From: Eledone cirrhosa
Lineage: Eukaryota
Direction of reading: 5' to 3'
Assembly (NCBI GenBank): GCA_964016885.1
Contig: OZ024765.1
Location: forward strand, 3,472,001-3,536,000
DNA length: 64,000 nucleotides
Shown: positions 43,861 through 59,900 of the stretch, one piece after another
Numbering within the stretch: position 1 is the first letter of the stretch
Layout of the letters: each line of letters opens with the position of its first letter
Position numbers and translations under genes: made by a program
Notes under the pieces: model-generated
What the model was told of the DNA's origin: nothing
Databases searched by the model: none
The model's input: the letters and a program-made list of their open reading frames with translations, nothing else

Positions 43861-45323
43861 ACCACAGCGGGATTTCAACTCAGAATGGCAAGGGCCGTAA
43901 CTCTGTGCATCAAAGCACGGCGTCCGACCCTCTGCCAGATCAGAGAACTTCCATCTTATTAGAGTTGTTAGAACGTATCTCGGGGTTTCATCCTTGTGAG
44001 CTCGATAAAAAAAAGTACCAGTCTAGTACTAGGGTCGAATCTTCCTCTATACATCTTTCTCATTTCCTGTACTCAGGCATAGAGAGGGGGGGGGGGGGTA
44101 GTTGTTCAGTAAGTGAGAAATGTCTATATTTAAATAACTTTTGAACACTCCTTGATTGTACCTAACACAATGGAGATTAAGACACACACACACATATACA
44201 CACAGACACACACACACACATATATATACACACAGACACACACACACATATATATATACACACAGACACACACACATATATACACACAGACACACATATA
44301 TATACACACAGACACACACACATATATACACACAGACACATATATATACACACAGACACACAGACACATATATATATATACAGACACATATATACACACA
44401 CAGACACACACACATATACACACAGACACACACACACATATATATACACACAGACAGACACATATATATACACACAGACACACACACACACATATATATA
44501 CAGACACATATATACACACACAGACACACACATATACACACAGACACACACACACATATATATACACACAGACAGACACATATATATACACAGACACACA
44601 CACATATATATACACAGACACACAGACACACACAGACACACACACATATATATACACACATACACACACATATATTCACACAGACACACACATATATATA
44701 CATACAGACACATATATATATACACACAGACACACACACACATATATACATACAGACACACATACACATATATATATACAGACAAACACACATATATAAA
44801 CACACAGACACACACACACATATATACACACACAGACACACACACACATATATACATACACAGACACACACACAGACAAACACACATATATATACACACA
44901 GACACACACACACATACACACATATATATATACAAAGACACACACACACATATATATATACACACACAGATATATATACACACAGACACACATATATTCA
45001 CACAGACACACACACATACATATACATACAGACACACACACACATACAGACACACTCATACATATACATACACACCCGTAAACACACATATACATATACA
45101 GACACAGACACACACTGGCACACACATACATACATACACACACTGGCACACAGACACACACACACATATACACACACACATATACAGACACATATTTATA
45201 TATACACACCTCACACACACACATATATATATATATACCTATATACACATACACATACATTCATATATATATATATATACACTTCTATACACACACATAT
45301 ATATACAGGTATATATATGTATG

Positions 45324-45449
<126 letters not shown>

Positions 45450-45454
45450 GTATA

Positions 45455-46064
45455 TGTCAGGTCACCAGTTGGTGCTACTGGTAACATGTATCCCAGTACA
45501 ACCTGTCTCATGGTCGGGTCGTTGGCGACTAAACTGGCAACCCCACCAAGGTTTCTTGGTGAGGAGGGTGACTTTGGACATCCTGCAGGACTAAAAACAA
45601 AACCTGTCAAAGGGCAAAGGAGCTCTTAAGAGTTAATGGCCATCCAAAATCACCAGGAGAGATGACCCCTTAGACTTTGTCAAGGCAGAATTCTAGGAGA
45701 AGGAAAACTCTGATATAACACCTGCAACCCTGATGGTATCCAATGATGTTGACTTGTTCTACTTTTTGGTAAATATCATCTTGGTTAAGAGAGTGGGACT
45801 GGCTTTGTGCAGTGCCTTTGCTCACTATAAAAGCTTCATGGCACAGGCATTGCTTTATATCTGGAGATCTCTTTGCACTTGTCGACACATGGTACCATGG
45901 GCCCAGCACTATGTGTCAGTAATTGTCACAAGTGTAGTGTTTGTACCAGAGTTTTCAAGTCGCTGGCTGGACTAAAACGTCACACTCGTTCAGCGCATCG
46001 GTAGGGGTTCTCCTACATGGATATAAAGTAGTGGCCGTACTCGAAAACGAGTTGGCAGCCACCA
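45455..46064 (+). mobile_element. ~610-bp non-autonomous RTE-derived element, copy 2
   Basis: Same termini and high identity to 13092-13702. Lies in a TA tract. Confidence 0.75.
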
Positions 46065-46468
46065 TATATATATGTATGTACGCTTTTAAGAAAACCCACT
46101 GTACTAATAGGAAATTTATCATATGTAAGGTAAACCCCCGGATACATGTATATATATCAGACAGACTGAACAAAAAAAAATGGCGTAGACATACAACACA
46201 ACAGGAGGAACAATGAATATAACACCACTGACGATGTTGCAGATGTGCAACGAAAGATTTATGTAAACTATATATATATGTGTTTGTCTATATTGTATCT
46301 GTATTATTTTTGACCGCCGGTCAGTCAATGGCAACATTGAGGACCGAGTAAGTTAGATCGCAGATATATATATATAAAAGACAGCGAGAAGCGAAAACCA
46401 ACCAAACAGTGAGTGTGTTCTGTTATTAATTCTGGCAATATTACGCAAATATGACCCTCCCCAAATAT

Positions 46469-46505
<37 letters not shown>

Positions 46506-46563
46506 TATAAATTAGCGAGAATCGAATTTTAGCTCAAGAATTAATATATATATATACACATAC

Positions 46564-46607
<44 letters not shown>

Positions 46608-47061
46608 GCACATATACATACGCACGTTTCATGCGTAAATAATCGCTTGCACACACAATTGTGTGTGTGTGTATGTATATGTATGTATGTGTATGCGTGT
46701 GTGTGTGTGTACATGTATGGTTGTGTGTGTATGTATGTGTGTGTGTGTGTGTGTGTATGTACATGTTTGGTTGTGTGTGTATGTATGTGTGCGTGTGTGT
46801 GTGTACATGTATGGTTGTGTGTGTATGTATGTGTGTGTGCGTGTGTGCATGTACATGTTTGGTTGTGTGTGTGTGTACATGTATGGTTGTGTGTGTATGT
46901 GTGTGTGTGTATGTGTGTGTGTGTGTGTAGGCGTGTATCTATCGTTTCATATTGAATTTCAAACGATAGATTCTATCAGGAAAAGGAATCACATGTATTC
47001 ACCCATACCCACCCCGTTTCACCCATACACACATGTATGGTTGTGCCTGTGTGTGTGTGTA

Positions 47062-47152
<91 letters not shown>

Positions 47153-47208
47153 ATATGAAACGAGACGTCCGTCTGGGAAGAGATATATTCGATATATCTC
47201 ATAAGAAA

Positions 47209-47710
47209 CAATTGTTTCTACTTTTGGTACAAGGCCAGCAATTACTCAGTGCATTACTGATACTTTATTTTATCGACCCCGTAGGGATGAAAGGCAAAGT
47301 TAACTTCGGCGGGATTTGATCTCAGAATGGCAAGGGCCCTAACTCTATACGTCAAAGCATGGCGTCCGACCCTCTATGGATACTGCCAAGAAATAATACA
47401 GCCAATTTTCCACACAATACAATTAGTTAACACCCCGAACGTTTAATTAGGAATCTACTCACTTATTTCCTAATGTTTGTTGAGTGAGTTGGAATTTGGC
47501 TGGAGTATCGCAATAAAAGCTTTCTCCGATAATTGTTTCTACTTTAGGCACAAGGCTAGCAATTACCCCAGTGTATTACTGGTACTTTATTTTATCGACC
47601 CCGTAAGGATGAAAGGCCAAGTTAATCTCGGCGGGATTTTGAACTCAGAATGGCAAGGGCCGTAACGAGTTGCAAAGCATGGTGTCTGACGCTCTACCGA
47701 TTAATGCCAA
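47209..47710 (-). mobile_element. Two SINE S1 copies (47209-47388; 47530-47710)
   Basis: Reverse complement of the S1 head and core occurs twice. Confidence 0.87.
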
Positions 47711-48424
47711 ACCTCTTTAATATAATAATAAACGAGTAAGAACATGAATGAAGTTATTAGGACATAATTAGAAAAATACTACATATAATTAAAAACGGAA
47801 AAGGAAGGGAAAGGCAAGGGCTCTAGGTTTACAAAATAATGAGGGGGGGGTGAGGGGGGGGGGGCTCTGGGTCTAAGGCGCGGCTGTGTTTCGGGTGCGC
47901 TCCGCGGAGAAGACCGCAAAATCATTTCCGTGCACAATGGCCAGTGACACCCGCTACAACGGTCACCTCCACCTCGGCCTTCTTTTAGGTAATATATAAT
48001 TACATGATGGTCAACTTAACAATTTGAGAATGAAGGAGGGGGTGAGGGGCCTAGATTTTGGAGAAGAAAAAAAGGGGGCTCACTTACCTCAATTTCCGGA
48101 GCTTTTATTCAGTATTCTTACTTGTATGTAACATGATAACTGGTAGATTGAATCTGTCACACATTTTAAAATTCATCCCTGCCCAGGGGTATTTTTGGTG
48201 GAGCTTCTTCTGATATAGGCATTCGGGGCACGTCTTTAGCTTAACCCATCTGGCAGTATATTTCTAATGAAAGAAAGACACCCTGTGGTTTTTAAATCAT
48301 TCTGAAAAAAAAAAAAAGAATTTGAAGGGGTTTAGTAATATAACTAACTCTCTGATTGTTAAGCTGGTGATTGGAACATAACTCAACAAAGGTTCTTTCA
48401 TAAAATGATGATGGAAGAAGGTTT

Positions 48425-48775
<351 letters not shown>

Positions 48776-48884
48776 AACAGAAAAAATGAAACAAAAGTCT
48801 TAGTACGGCTGTTACTTAAATATAAGTATGTACACATACATATATGTATACAGACGTACAGTAGTATGTGTATATATATATATA

Positions 48885-49691
48885 TTTTTTATCTGTTTGT
48901 CCCGAATCTTCCTCTATCGATTTTAAATCGTATGGTTGATTGTAGACTTGTTCTATATGTGACGGTATTTTAACGATAGTTATAGCTCTGATTCTTCTGA
49001 ATTATTGAGCCCTCTGCCGCTCATATCGAATCTCGTTTATCGTGAACTCGTGCGCCGATTTTTCGATACTCGATCTTTCTAATATATTTAGCTCTGGACA
49101 TAGCTATCCACCAGTTAATTTTATTGCTCATTTTTTGTCGATTCTATTGAGTGATGAATAGCTTTTGTTTTATTTTAACATGTCTATTGAGCACTCTAAT
49201 TCGATATGTGTATTTCCACATTCACTCGAATTGTTTTCGCGGATATAGGGGTCATCTCCCTTGTCTAATGCCATGTGCGTTTTTCACTGGTAGTTGGCTC
49301 CTCTGCCGCCAGGAAAAAACTCGTTGAGAAAGTAAAACTCCGTTCCGCTTACTCTAGTAGGCTTTTATATTTATATGTGAGCTGATAGAGTACAGTCTAA
49401 GGATTTACAGAAACCCATGAAGCTAGATTTAACACCTGTCTAGTGGGTCCGGGTATGATTTTACATTCATTTAAATTATTGACGTATTGTTTTATTGATA
49501 TTTTTTATCTGTTTGTCCCGAATCTTCCTCTATCGATTTTAAATCGTATGGTTGATTGTAGACTTGTTCTATATGTGACGGTATTTTAACGATAGTTATA
49601 GCTCTGATTCATCTGAATTATTGAGCCCTCTGCCGCTCATATCGAATCTCGTTTATCGTGAACTCGTGCGCCGATTTTTCGATACTCGATC

Positions 49692-49702
<11 letters not shown>
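48885..49702 (+). mobile_element. 616-bp unit with ~200-bp terminal direct repeat in (TA)n
   Basis: 48885-49086 matches 49501-49702 with one mismatch seen. Internal TTGAGCACT and hammerhead-like CTGATAGA..GAAA at ~49382-49420. Confidence 0.8.
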
Positions 49703-49741
<39 letters not shown>

Positions 49742-50038
49742 ATATATATAAGGAAAATGGAGTGCTGCGTGGTTGCACATGGGTTACATATGAATAGAAT
49801 TAGTCCTTCATCAGAGATCTTCCAAGCTTCATTGGTATTTCTTTGCTTTAAAAATCATATACCTCTGGTTGGTGCGAGCAATAACTAAATACAGTTATTG
49901 GGACAAGTAAAATAGGGTGAAGCGAGACATGTAAACAAACAAAGATGTTATTGCAACAGAAAGATAGGAAGAGACAAGTACATGATACCTGTAAGCTTAA
50001 GCTTGGTGAAATAATGGACGAGAGATACAGACCATCCG

Positions 50039-50090
<52 letters not shown>

Positions 50091-50419
50091 GAAAAAGTAT
50101 GACCCCGACGGCAGAGCTCAAGCCATTTCGACGGCTATTTCTGGACTCAGAAGAGTCCAGAAATAGCCGTCAGACATGTAGATAGATAGAGTTAGATAGA
50201 TAGATAGATAGATAGACATGTAGATAGATAGACAGACATACAGACAGACAGAAATAAATTAGGTGAATTGCAGTACAAAAGAAAATAAATGAATAAAAAT
50301 ATTAAAAAGAAGAAAGAAAGAAAGAAGGAAAGAAAGAAGTGAAAGCAATGAAGAAGAACGTTTTATTTTTTCGTTATTCATAAAAGAAACATCTGCTGAG
50401 GAACTGGTCATAGGTAACT

Positions 50420-51404
50420 TTGATAACAACAACAACAGCGGCAATAACAGCGGCAATAACAGCAACAACAACAACAACAACTGCAGCAATAACAGCAGCA
50501 GCAATAATAACAACAACAACAGCAGCAGCAATCGAATGTCCATATGTAACTACAACAATAACTACAACAATAACAGTAACAATAACAGTAACAATAACAG
50601 TAGCAGTAGCAGTAGCAATATGGCATTCATAGGGGACAACATCAACACCACCACCAACAACACTACCACCACCACCACCAACACCAACACTACCACCACC
50701 ACCACCAACAACAACACTACCACCACCACCACCAACAACACTAGCACCACCACCACCAACAACAACACTACCACCACCACCAACAACAACACTACCAACA
50801 CCACCACCAACAACACTACCACCACCACCACCAACAACAACACTACCACCACCACCACCAACAACACTACCACCACCACCACCAACACCAACACCACCAC
50901 CACCACCAACAACAACACTACCAACACCACCACCAACAACAACACTACCACCACCACCACCAACAACAACACTACCACCACCACCAACAACAACACTACC
51001 AACACCACCACCAACAACACTACCAACACCACTACCACCACCACCACCAACAACACTACCAACACCACCACCACCACCACCACTAACAACACTACCAACA
51101 CCACCACCACCAACACCACCAACAACACTACCAACACCACCACCAACAACACTACCAACACCACCACCACCACCACCACCAACAACACTACCAACACCAC
51201 CACCACCACCACCACTAACACCACCACCACCACCACCACCACCACCACCACCAACAACACTACCAACACCACCACCACCACCACCACCACCACCACCACC
51301 ACCACCAACAACACTACCAACACCACCACCACCAACACCACCAACAACACTACCAACACCACCACCAACACCAACAACACTACCCCCCCCCCCCCACACA
51401 CACC

Positions 51405-51447
<43 letters not shown>

Positions 51448-52995
51448 ACACCAACAAGAACCATTGATATTTGATGAAGCTGCAATCCTTTGCAGAACGT
51501 AAGACTCCCGCCATATTTCGCCCCTCCCCCGGCTACCAACCGTCACTCTATCCTCCCCCACCACCACCACACAATTAACACCACTACCCCCACCACCCTC
51601 CATAACACTATCACCCCCACTTCTTCATTCAATCACAAACACAGACACACACACCAACACACAGACACACACACACCAACACACAGACACACACACCAAC
51701 ACACAGACACACACACCAACACACAGACACACACACACCAACACACAGACACACACACACCAACACACAGACACACACACCAACACACAGACACACACAC
51801 ACCAACACACAGACACACACACCAACACACAGACACACACACCAACACACAGACACACACACACCAACACACAGACACACACACCAACACACAGACACAC
51901 ACACCAACACACAGACACACACACCAACACACACCAACACACAGACACACACCAACACACACACACCAACACACAGACACACACACCAACACACACCAAC
52001 ACACAGACACACACACCAACACACAGACACACACCAACACACACACACCAACACACAGACACACACACCAACACACACCAACACACAGACACACACACCA
52101 ACACACACCAACACACAGACACACACCAACACACACACACAGACACACACCAACAGACACACACACCAACACACAGACACACACCAACACACACAGACAC
52201 ACACCAACACACACACACACACCAACACAGACACACACACCAACACACACCAACACACAGACACACACACCAACACACACCAACACACAGACACACACAC
52301 CAACACACAGACACACACCAACACACAGACACACACACCAACACACAGACACACACCAACACACAGACACACACACCAACACACAGACACACACCAACAC
52401 ACAGACACACACACCAACACAGACACACACACACCAACACACAGACACACACACCAACACACACACACACACCAACACACAGACACACACCAACACACAG
52501 ACACACACCAACACACAGACACACACACCAACACACACACCAACACACACACCAACACACACACACACACCAACACACACACACACCAACACACCAACAC
52601 ACACCAACACACTCCAACACACACACCAACACACAGACACACACACTCCAACACACACACCAACACACAGACACACACACACCAACACACACACACACAC
52701 ACCAACACACACACACACACCAACACACAGACACACACAGACACACACACCAACACACACACACACACCAACACACACCAACACACTCCAACACACACAC
52801 CAACACACAGACACACACACTCCAACACACACACCAACACACAGACACACACACTCCAACACACACACCAACACACAGACACACACACCAACACACACCA
52901 ACACACTCCAACACACACACCAACACACACACACACACCAACACACACACACACCAACACACACACACACACCAACACACAGACACACACACAGT
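50420..52995. repeat. (AAC/ACC)n array and (CA)n-derived CCAACACACAGACACACA array
   Basis: 50420-51450 and 51635-52995, separated by a unique island. Confidence 0.93.
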
Positions 52996-53234
52996 CAACA
53001 CATTGCATTGTTTAACATCACCGTTCTCCAACATCACTCTCCCGTCCCGCCATACCCCCTACTTACTCTCTAAACCACCACCACCACAATTACCACAATC
53101 CCCCACTCTCGCTCTAACCCCCCACCCCCCTCACAATGACATCTCCCGGACTTATATTTTCCCGCCATTCGATGGGAAACGTACATGCAACTGCACATTT
53201 CTACACGTACAGTGATATCAATTAATATATACAT

Positions 53235-53310
<76 letters not shown>

Positions 53311-53451
53311 TTAAGAGTTAAACAAGATTCAATGAGTACATCAAAGAATGAGTTTTACAATAGATTGGAAGCACTCAACAGTGAATATTTTCCAGAGTTA
53401 ATAATATTAATTCCAAATATTAACAAAATAGATATTCTTGTGATCAATTAA

Positions 53452-53516
53452 ATTTTATTATACATATTTCAGAGGTACTGAATTAAGTTCAACAGTACGT
53501 CCTCATCAGATAAAAT
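53452..53516 (-). ncRNA. Type-I hammerhead ribozyme
   Basis: Minus: ATTTTAT-CTGATGA-GGACGTACTG..CAGTACCTCT-GAAA-TATGTA-TA^ATAAAAT. Perfect 7-bp stem I. Confidence 0.87.
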
Positions 53517-53770
53517 AAAATGATATATGACATACCCTGATATATATATTGTATATTTACTCCACTAATCTGTTGAGTGCTTTATATCAGTAATAAAAAT
53601 GTTTAAGCTCGTTGAATCCCAACAAGTTAAATATAACCTCTGTATATATATATGTATTTAATATCATTGAATATTTACTCCAGAAAATCTGTCGAGTGCT
53701 CTGAATCAGCTATAAACATTTATGTACTTCCAAGAAATTAAATATCGCTTCTACTTATATATATATATAT

Positions 53771-53962
53771 ATAGGAACAAGTAAGACCCCGACGGCTGAG
53801 CTCAAGCCGTTTCGACGGCTAATTCTATACAGAATTAGCCGTCGAAACGGCTTGAGCTCAGCCGTCGGGGTCTTACTCGTTCCTATTACCCACTCTACTA
53901 CCCTAAGTATTGAGTACTTTGGTGCGTTATGGTCCACCTGGTTCCTTACCACATTTCATTCG

Positions 53963-53965
<3 letters not shown>
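53771..53965 (+). mobile_element. Most abundant hairpin micro-element (GACCCCGACGGCTGAGCTC.. family), representative copy
   Basis: ~55-bp-arm hairpin plus ~80-bp tail with TTGAGTACT. Copies at 10194-10309, 13753-13955, 17367-17525, 19458-19668, 26352-26545, 33355-33545, 39581-39620, 39860-39905 and 50090-50172. Confidence 0.88.
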
Positions 53966-54035
<70 letters not shown>

Positions 54036-54305
54036 ATCGGAGAAAGCTTTTTAGCGATAGTCCGGCCAAATTCCAACTCACTCAACAAACATTAGGAAAT
54101 AAGTGATTATATTCCCAATTATGCGTTCGGGGTGCTAACTAAAAGTATTGCGTGGAAAATTTGCTGTATTATTTCATGAGACATATCGAATATATATATA
54201 TATATAAAACAATTTATCGTTATAGGTAATCCAGTTAGAGGTTGTGAATACTCCGTATTGTGGATAGTTTCAGCGTATATTACAAACGCCGTGTATAATC
54301 TTAAT

Positions 54306-54416
54306 CAGTTTCTGACGATTTGGTTAAGCATACATTGTATTTAAAATTGAGTGACACAACTTCAAGTGATTAGCAATTTTAAGACAACTTAACCAATGAA
54401 ACAATTGTTAATACTG
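54306..54416 (+). ncRNA. Type-I hammerhead ribozyme with extended stem II
   Basis: CAGTTT-CTGACGA-T-TTGGTTAAG..CTTAACCAA-T-GAAA-CAATTG-TT^AATACTG. ACAATTGT palindrome. Confidence 0.82.
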
Positions 54417-54463
54417 TAAATAAAACCCTTTTTGTATTGTTGACCATGTTATTCTTCACTCTT

Positions 54464-54511
<48 letters not shown>

Positions 54512-54703
54512 GTGACAATAAGAATTGCAGTAGTTATATATTGTGTTATTCGCTTTCTAACTAAATAGTTCTGTTTTATACATAGAGCACTCTTTTTTCC
54601 ACTGCTTTTCCTTCGGAAATATTTGACATATTTATATATATATACATATATCATATGTCCCAAGGCTCTGATACCATCAACACTATAAACACAGAGCTGA
54701 CTA

Positions 54704-54759
54704 ACTGCTTGATGAGGTCATAGCCATTCAATGGCTATCATCGAAATATATATAACAGT
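54704..54759 (+). ncRNA. Hammerhead ribozyme, C3 mutated
   Basis: ACTGC-TTGATGA-GGTCATAGCCATT-C-AATGGCTATCATC-GAAA-TATATA-TA^ACAGT. Confidence 0.7.
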
Positions 54760-55242
54760 AAATAAAGGATTATGAATTCATGCAATTGACTTATGTTTCG
54801 TCACTATATATATATATATATATATATAGTGACGAAACAGAAGTCAATTGTATGAACTCATAATCCTTTATTTACTGTTATATATATTTATTTAGCAGTG
54901 AGATTTAGTTAACGTATGGAGCAGTACTGAGGAACGCCCCCAACCGTGACTAACCCCACTGAAAAGTTTCGTGAAATAGTCTTTTAAGACTATATAGTGC
55001 ATTTGTAGATTTCCCCAAATTGAAGGCTAAGTATTTCGTTCCTGATTTTATTTTGAGTTAAGATAGTATGGTTTTTCCCCAGCTTACACAAAATCTGAGG
55101 ATAAAATGTTTCTTCTTGACTTGTTTTGAATTAAGATGAATTATTTCTCCCATATCTTACGTTAAAAATATTTCATTTTGAGGCTATAGTCACTTATATG
55201 TTTGAATTATTGTCGGCTTTTTGCTTACATTAATTTCTCTAT

Positions 55243-55298
<56 letters not shown>

Positions 55299-55491
55299 CA
55301 CAATAGGATTTTGTATACATGCCTTTTTGGAAAATCTCTAAATCTCTGAAAGGGGTAATACATAGCCTTTTGTGTTGCTTGTATAATAAATTACTCTATT
55401 TTGAGCAGTGTTTAACTTCTCAACCTATCTTTACAATTTTTGTATATTGTTTGTGTAAAAAACGATATTTATTACTTATATATATTTATTT

Positions 55492-55552
<61 letters not shown>

Positions 55553-55641
55553 ATGTAAAAGGTAAACAGAAATAACAACACAATCGGTGCAGTATATGGA
55601 AGATATATATTAGGTTAATGCTTGATATAGCAGGAAGAGGG

Positions 55642-55676
55642 TCTTAACGTTTCGGACGCTAGTCCTTCATCAGAGG
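55642..55676 (-). ncRNA. Minimal hammerhead ribozyme (GAAACGTT)
   Basis: Minus: CTGATGA-A-GGAC-TAGC-GTCC-GAAACGTT-AAGA. Confidence 0.68.
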
Positions 55677-55753
55677 CAAGAATGAGAATTAAGATAGATT
55701 GAGGGAATGGGCGGGCTGGAATTGGAAAAAATGTCTTTAGATAAAAATAACAG

Positions 55754-55830
<77 letters not shown>

Positions 55831-55877
55831 CATAATTTGGTATACTTATGAAACATAATTTTGGTATATTTATATAC

Positions 55878-55922
<45 letters not shown>

Positions 55923-56323
55923 CATAATTTTGATATGCTTATATACATTTTTTCTTCTCACTTAGATTTTATACCTAATTGTGTATGGTTGACGATATAT
56001 TTAATCGATTTCCACGTGCTATTGGAAATGCTGGGTAAATATTCTATGGCTGTTGATCGCGAATAGATGGCTGTCGTTTATTTATCTATTGTTTCTTCAT
56101 AGGTGTCTTTTAATCTTATAGCCTGGTTTAATTGTTTTTTTGTGTGGTTGATTATGCTGATTGGGAGAGGAGATGGTGTATATATTTTATCAAATGATTC
56201 TATGGACATACTTTATTGTATATATATATATATATATAGAAATTACAGTATAGAAATTGTTGTGAACGTGAAGCCAACAGTATTTCATAATATATATATT
56301 TCATAATATATATATATATATAT

Positions 56324-56697
<374 letters not shown>

Positions 56698-56803
56698 TTT
56701 GCAACCCAAACCAAACCAAACTGTTAGTGTGTTTTATTATATATTTCTGGCAATATAATAACAATATGACCCTCCCCAAGTATAACAATATAGATACATA
56801 TGA

Positions 56804-56842
<39 letters not shown>

Positions 56843-56989
56843 TAGAGAGAGAGAGAGAATAATAATATATATGAATATATATATATGTACGTATGTATAT
56901 ATATACACACAGACACATATATATATATATTTCCACATATATTTTCTTGACTATTGTACGCGAAACCCTTCTTATGTATTCTCCAACCT

Positions 56990-59900
56990 TCACCGCCACC
57001 ACTACTACTACTACCAACACAGTAACACTACTACTACCACCACTACTATCAACACAGTACCACTACCACCACTACAACCTCTACTACCACCACAGTACCA
57101 CTACTACTACGACCACCACCACCACCACCACCACCACCACTACCATCAGAGTACTACTACTACCACCACAGTGCCACCACCACCACTACTACTACCACCA
57201 CCTTCACCACTACCACCACAGTACTACTACCACCACCTTCACCACTACCACCACAGTACTACTACTACCACCACCTCCACCACCACCACTACTACTACCA
57301 CCACCTTCACCACTACCACTACCACCACCTCCACCACAGTACTACTACCACCACCACCACCACCACCACTACTACTACCACCACCTTCACCACTACCACT
57401 ACCACCACCTCCACCACAGTACTACTACCACCACCCCTACCACGACAGTACCACTACTACCACCACCTCCACCACCACCACTACTACTACCACCACCTTC
57501 ACCACTACCACTACCACCACCTCCACCACAGTACTACTACCACCACCCCTACCACGACAGTACCACTACTACCACCACCTCCACCACCACCACTACTACT
57601 ACCACCACCTTCACCACTACCACTACCACCACTTCCACCACAGTACCACCACAGTACTACTACCACCACCCCAACCACGACAGTACCACTACTACCACCA
57701 CAGTGCCACCATCACCACTACTACTACCACCACCTTCACCACTACCACTACCACCACCTCCACCACAGTACCACCACAGTACTACTACCACCACCCCAAC
57801 CACGACAGTACCACTACTACCACCACAGTGCCACCATCACCACTACTACTACCACCACCTTCACCACTACCACTACCACCACCTCCACCACAGTACCACC
57901 ACAGTACTACTACCACCACCCCAACCACGACAGTACCACTACTACCACCACAGTGCCACCATCACCACTACTACTACCACCACCTTCACCACTACCACTA
58001 CCACCACCTCCACCACAGTACCACCACAGTACTACTACCACCACCCCAACCACGACAGTACCACTACTACCACCACAGTGCCACCATCACCACTACTACT
58101 ACCACCACCTTCACCACTACCACTACCACCACTTCCACCACAGTACCACCACAGTACTACTACCACCACCCCAACCACGACAGTACCACTACTACCACCA
58201 CAGTGCCACCATCACCACTACTACTACCACCACCTTCACCACTACCACTACCACCACCTCCACCACAGTACCACCACAGTACTACTACCACCACCCCTAC
58301 CACGACAGTACCACTACTACCACCACAGTGCCACCACCACCACTACTACTACCACCACCTCCACCACAGTACCACCACAGTACTACTACCACCACCACTG
58401 CCATCACAGTACTACTACTACCACCACAGTGCCACCACCACCACTACCACTACCACCACCTTCACCACTACCACCACAGTACTACTACCACCACCACAGT
58501 GCCACCACCACCACTACTACTACCACCACCTTCACCACTACCACTACCACCACCTCCACCACAGTACTACTACCACCACCCCTACCACGACAGTACCACT
58601 ACTACCACCACCTCCACCACCACCACTACTACTACCACCACCTTCACCACTACCACTACCACCACTTCCACCACAGTACCACCACAGTACTACTACCACC
58701 ACCCCAACCACGACAGTACCACTACTACCACCACAGTGCCACCACCACCACTACTACTACCACCACCTTCACCACTACCACTACCACCACCTCCACCACA
58801 GTACTACTACCACCACCACCACCACCACCACTACTACTACCACCACCTTCACCACTACCACTACCACCACCTTCACCACTACCACTACCACCACTACCAC
58901 CACCTCCACCACAGTACTACTACCACCACCCCAACCACGACAGTACCACTACTACCACCACAGTGCCACCACCACCACTACTACTACCACCACCTTCACC
59001 ACTACCACTACCACCACTTCCACCACAGTACCACCACAGTACTACTACCACCACCCCAACCACGACAGTACCACTACTACCACCACAGTGCCACCACCAC
59101 CACTACTACTACCACCACCTTCACCACTACCACTACCACCACCTCCACCACAGTACCACCACAGTACTACTACCACCACCCCAACCACGACAGTACCACT
59201 ACTACCACCACAGTGCCACCACCACCACTACTACTACCACCACCTTCACCACTACCACTACCACCACTTCCACCACAGTACCACCACAGTACTACTACCA
59301 CCACCCCAACCACGACAGTACCACTACTACCACCACAGTGCCACCATCACCACTACTACTACCACCACCTTCACCACTACCACTACCACCACCTCCACCA
59401 CAGTACCACCACAGTACTACTACCACCACCCCTACCACGACAGTACCACTACTACCACCACAGTGCCACCACCACCACTACTACTACCACCACCTCCACC
59501 ACAGTACCACCACAGTACTACTACCACCACCACTGCCATCACAGTACTACTACTACCACCACAGTGCCACCACCACCACTACCACTACCACCACCTTCAC
59601 CACTACCACCACAGTACTACTACCACCACCACAGTGCCACCACCACCACTACTACTACCACCACCTTCACCACTACCACTACCACCACCTCCACCACAGT
59701 ACTACTACCACCACCCCTACCACGACAGTACCACTACTACCACCACCTCCACCACCACCACTACTACTACCACCACCTTCACCACTACCACTACCACCAC
59801 TTCCACCACAGTACCACCACAGTACTACTACCACCACCCCAACCACGACAGTACCACTACTACCACCACAGTGCCACCACCACCACTACTACTACCACCA

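Noticed and set aside
46228-46270. CTGACGA-T-GTTGCA..TGCAAC-GAAA core (also 2144-2171, minus)
   Set aside because: Core and stem II are good, but no stem III, NUH triplet or stem I could be found, so it is not called a ribozyme.
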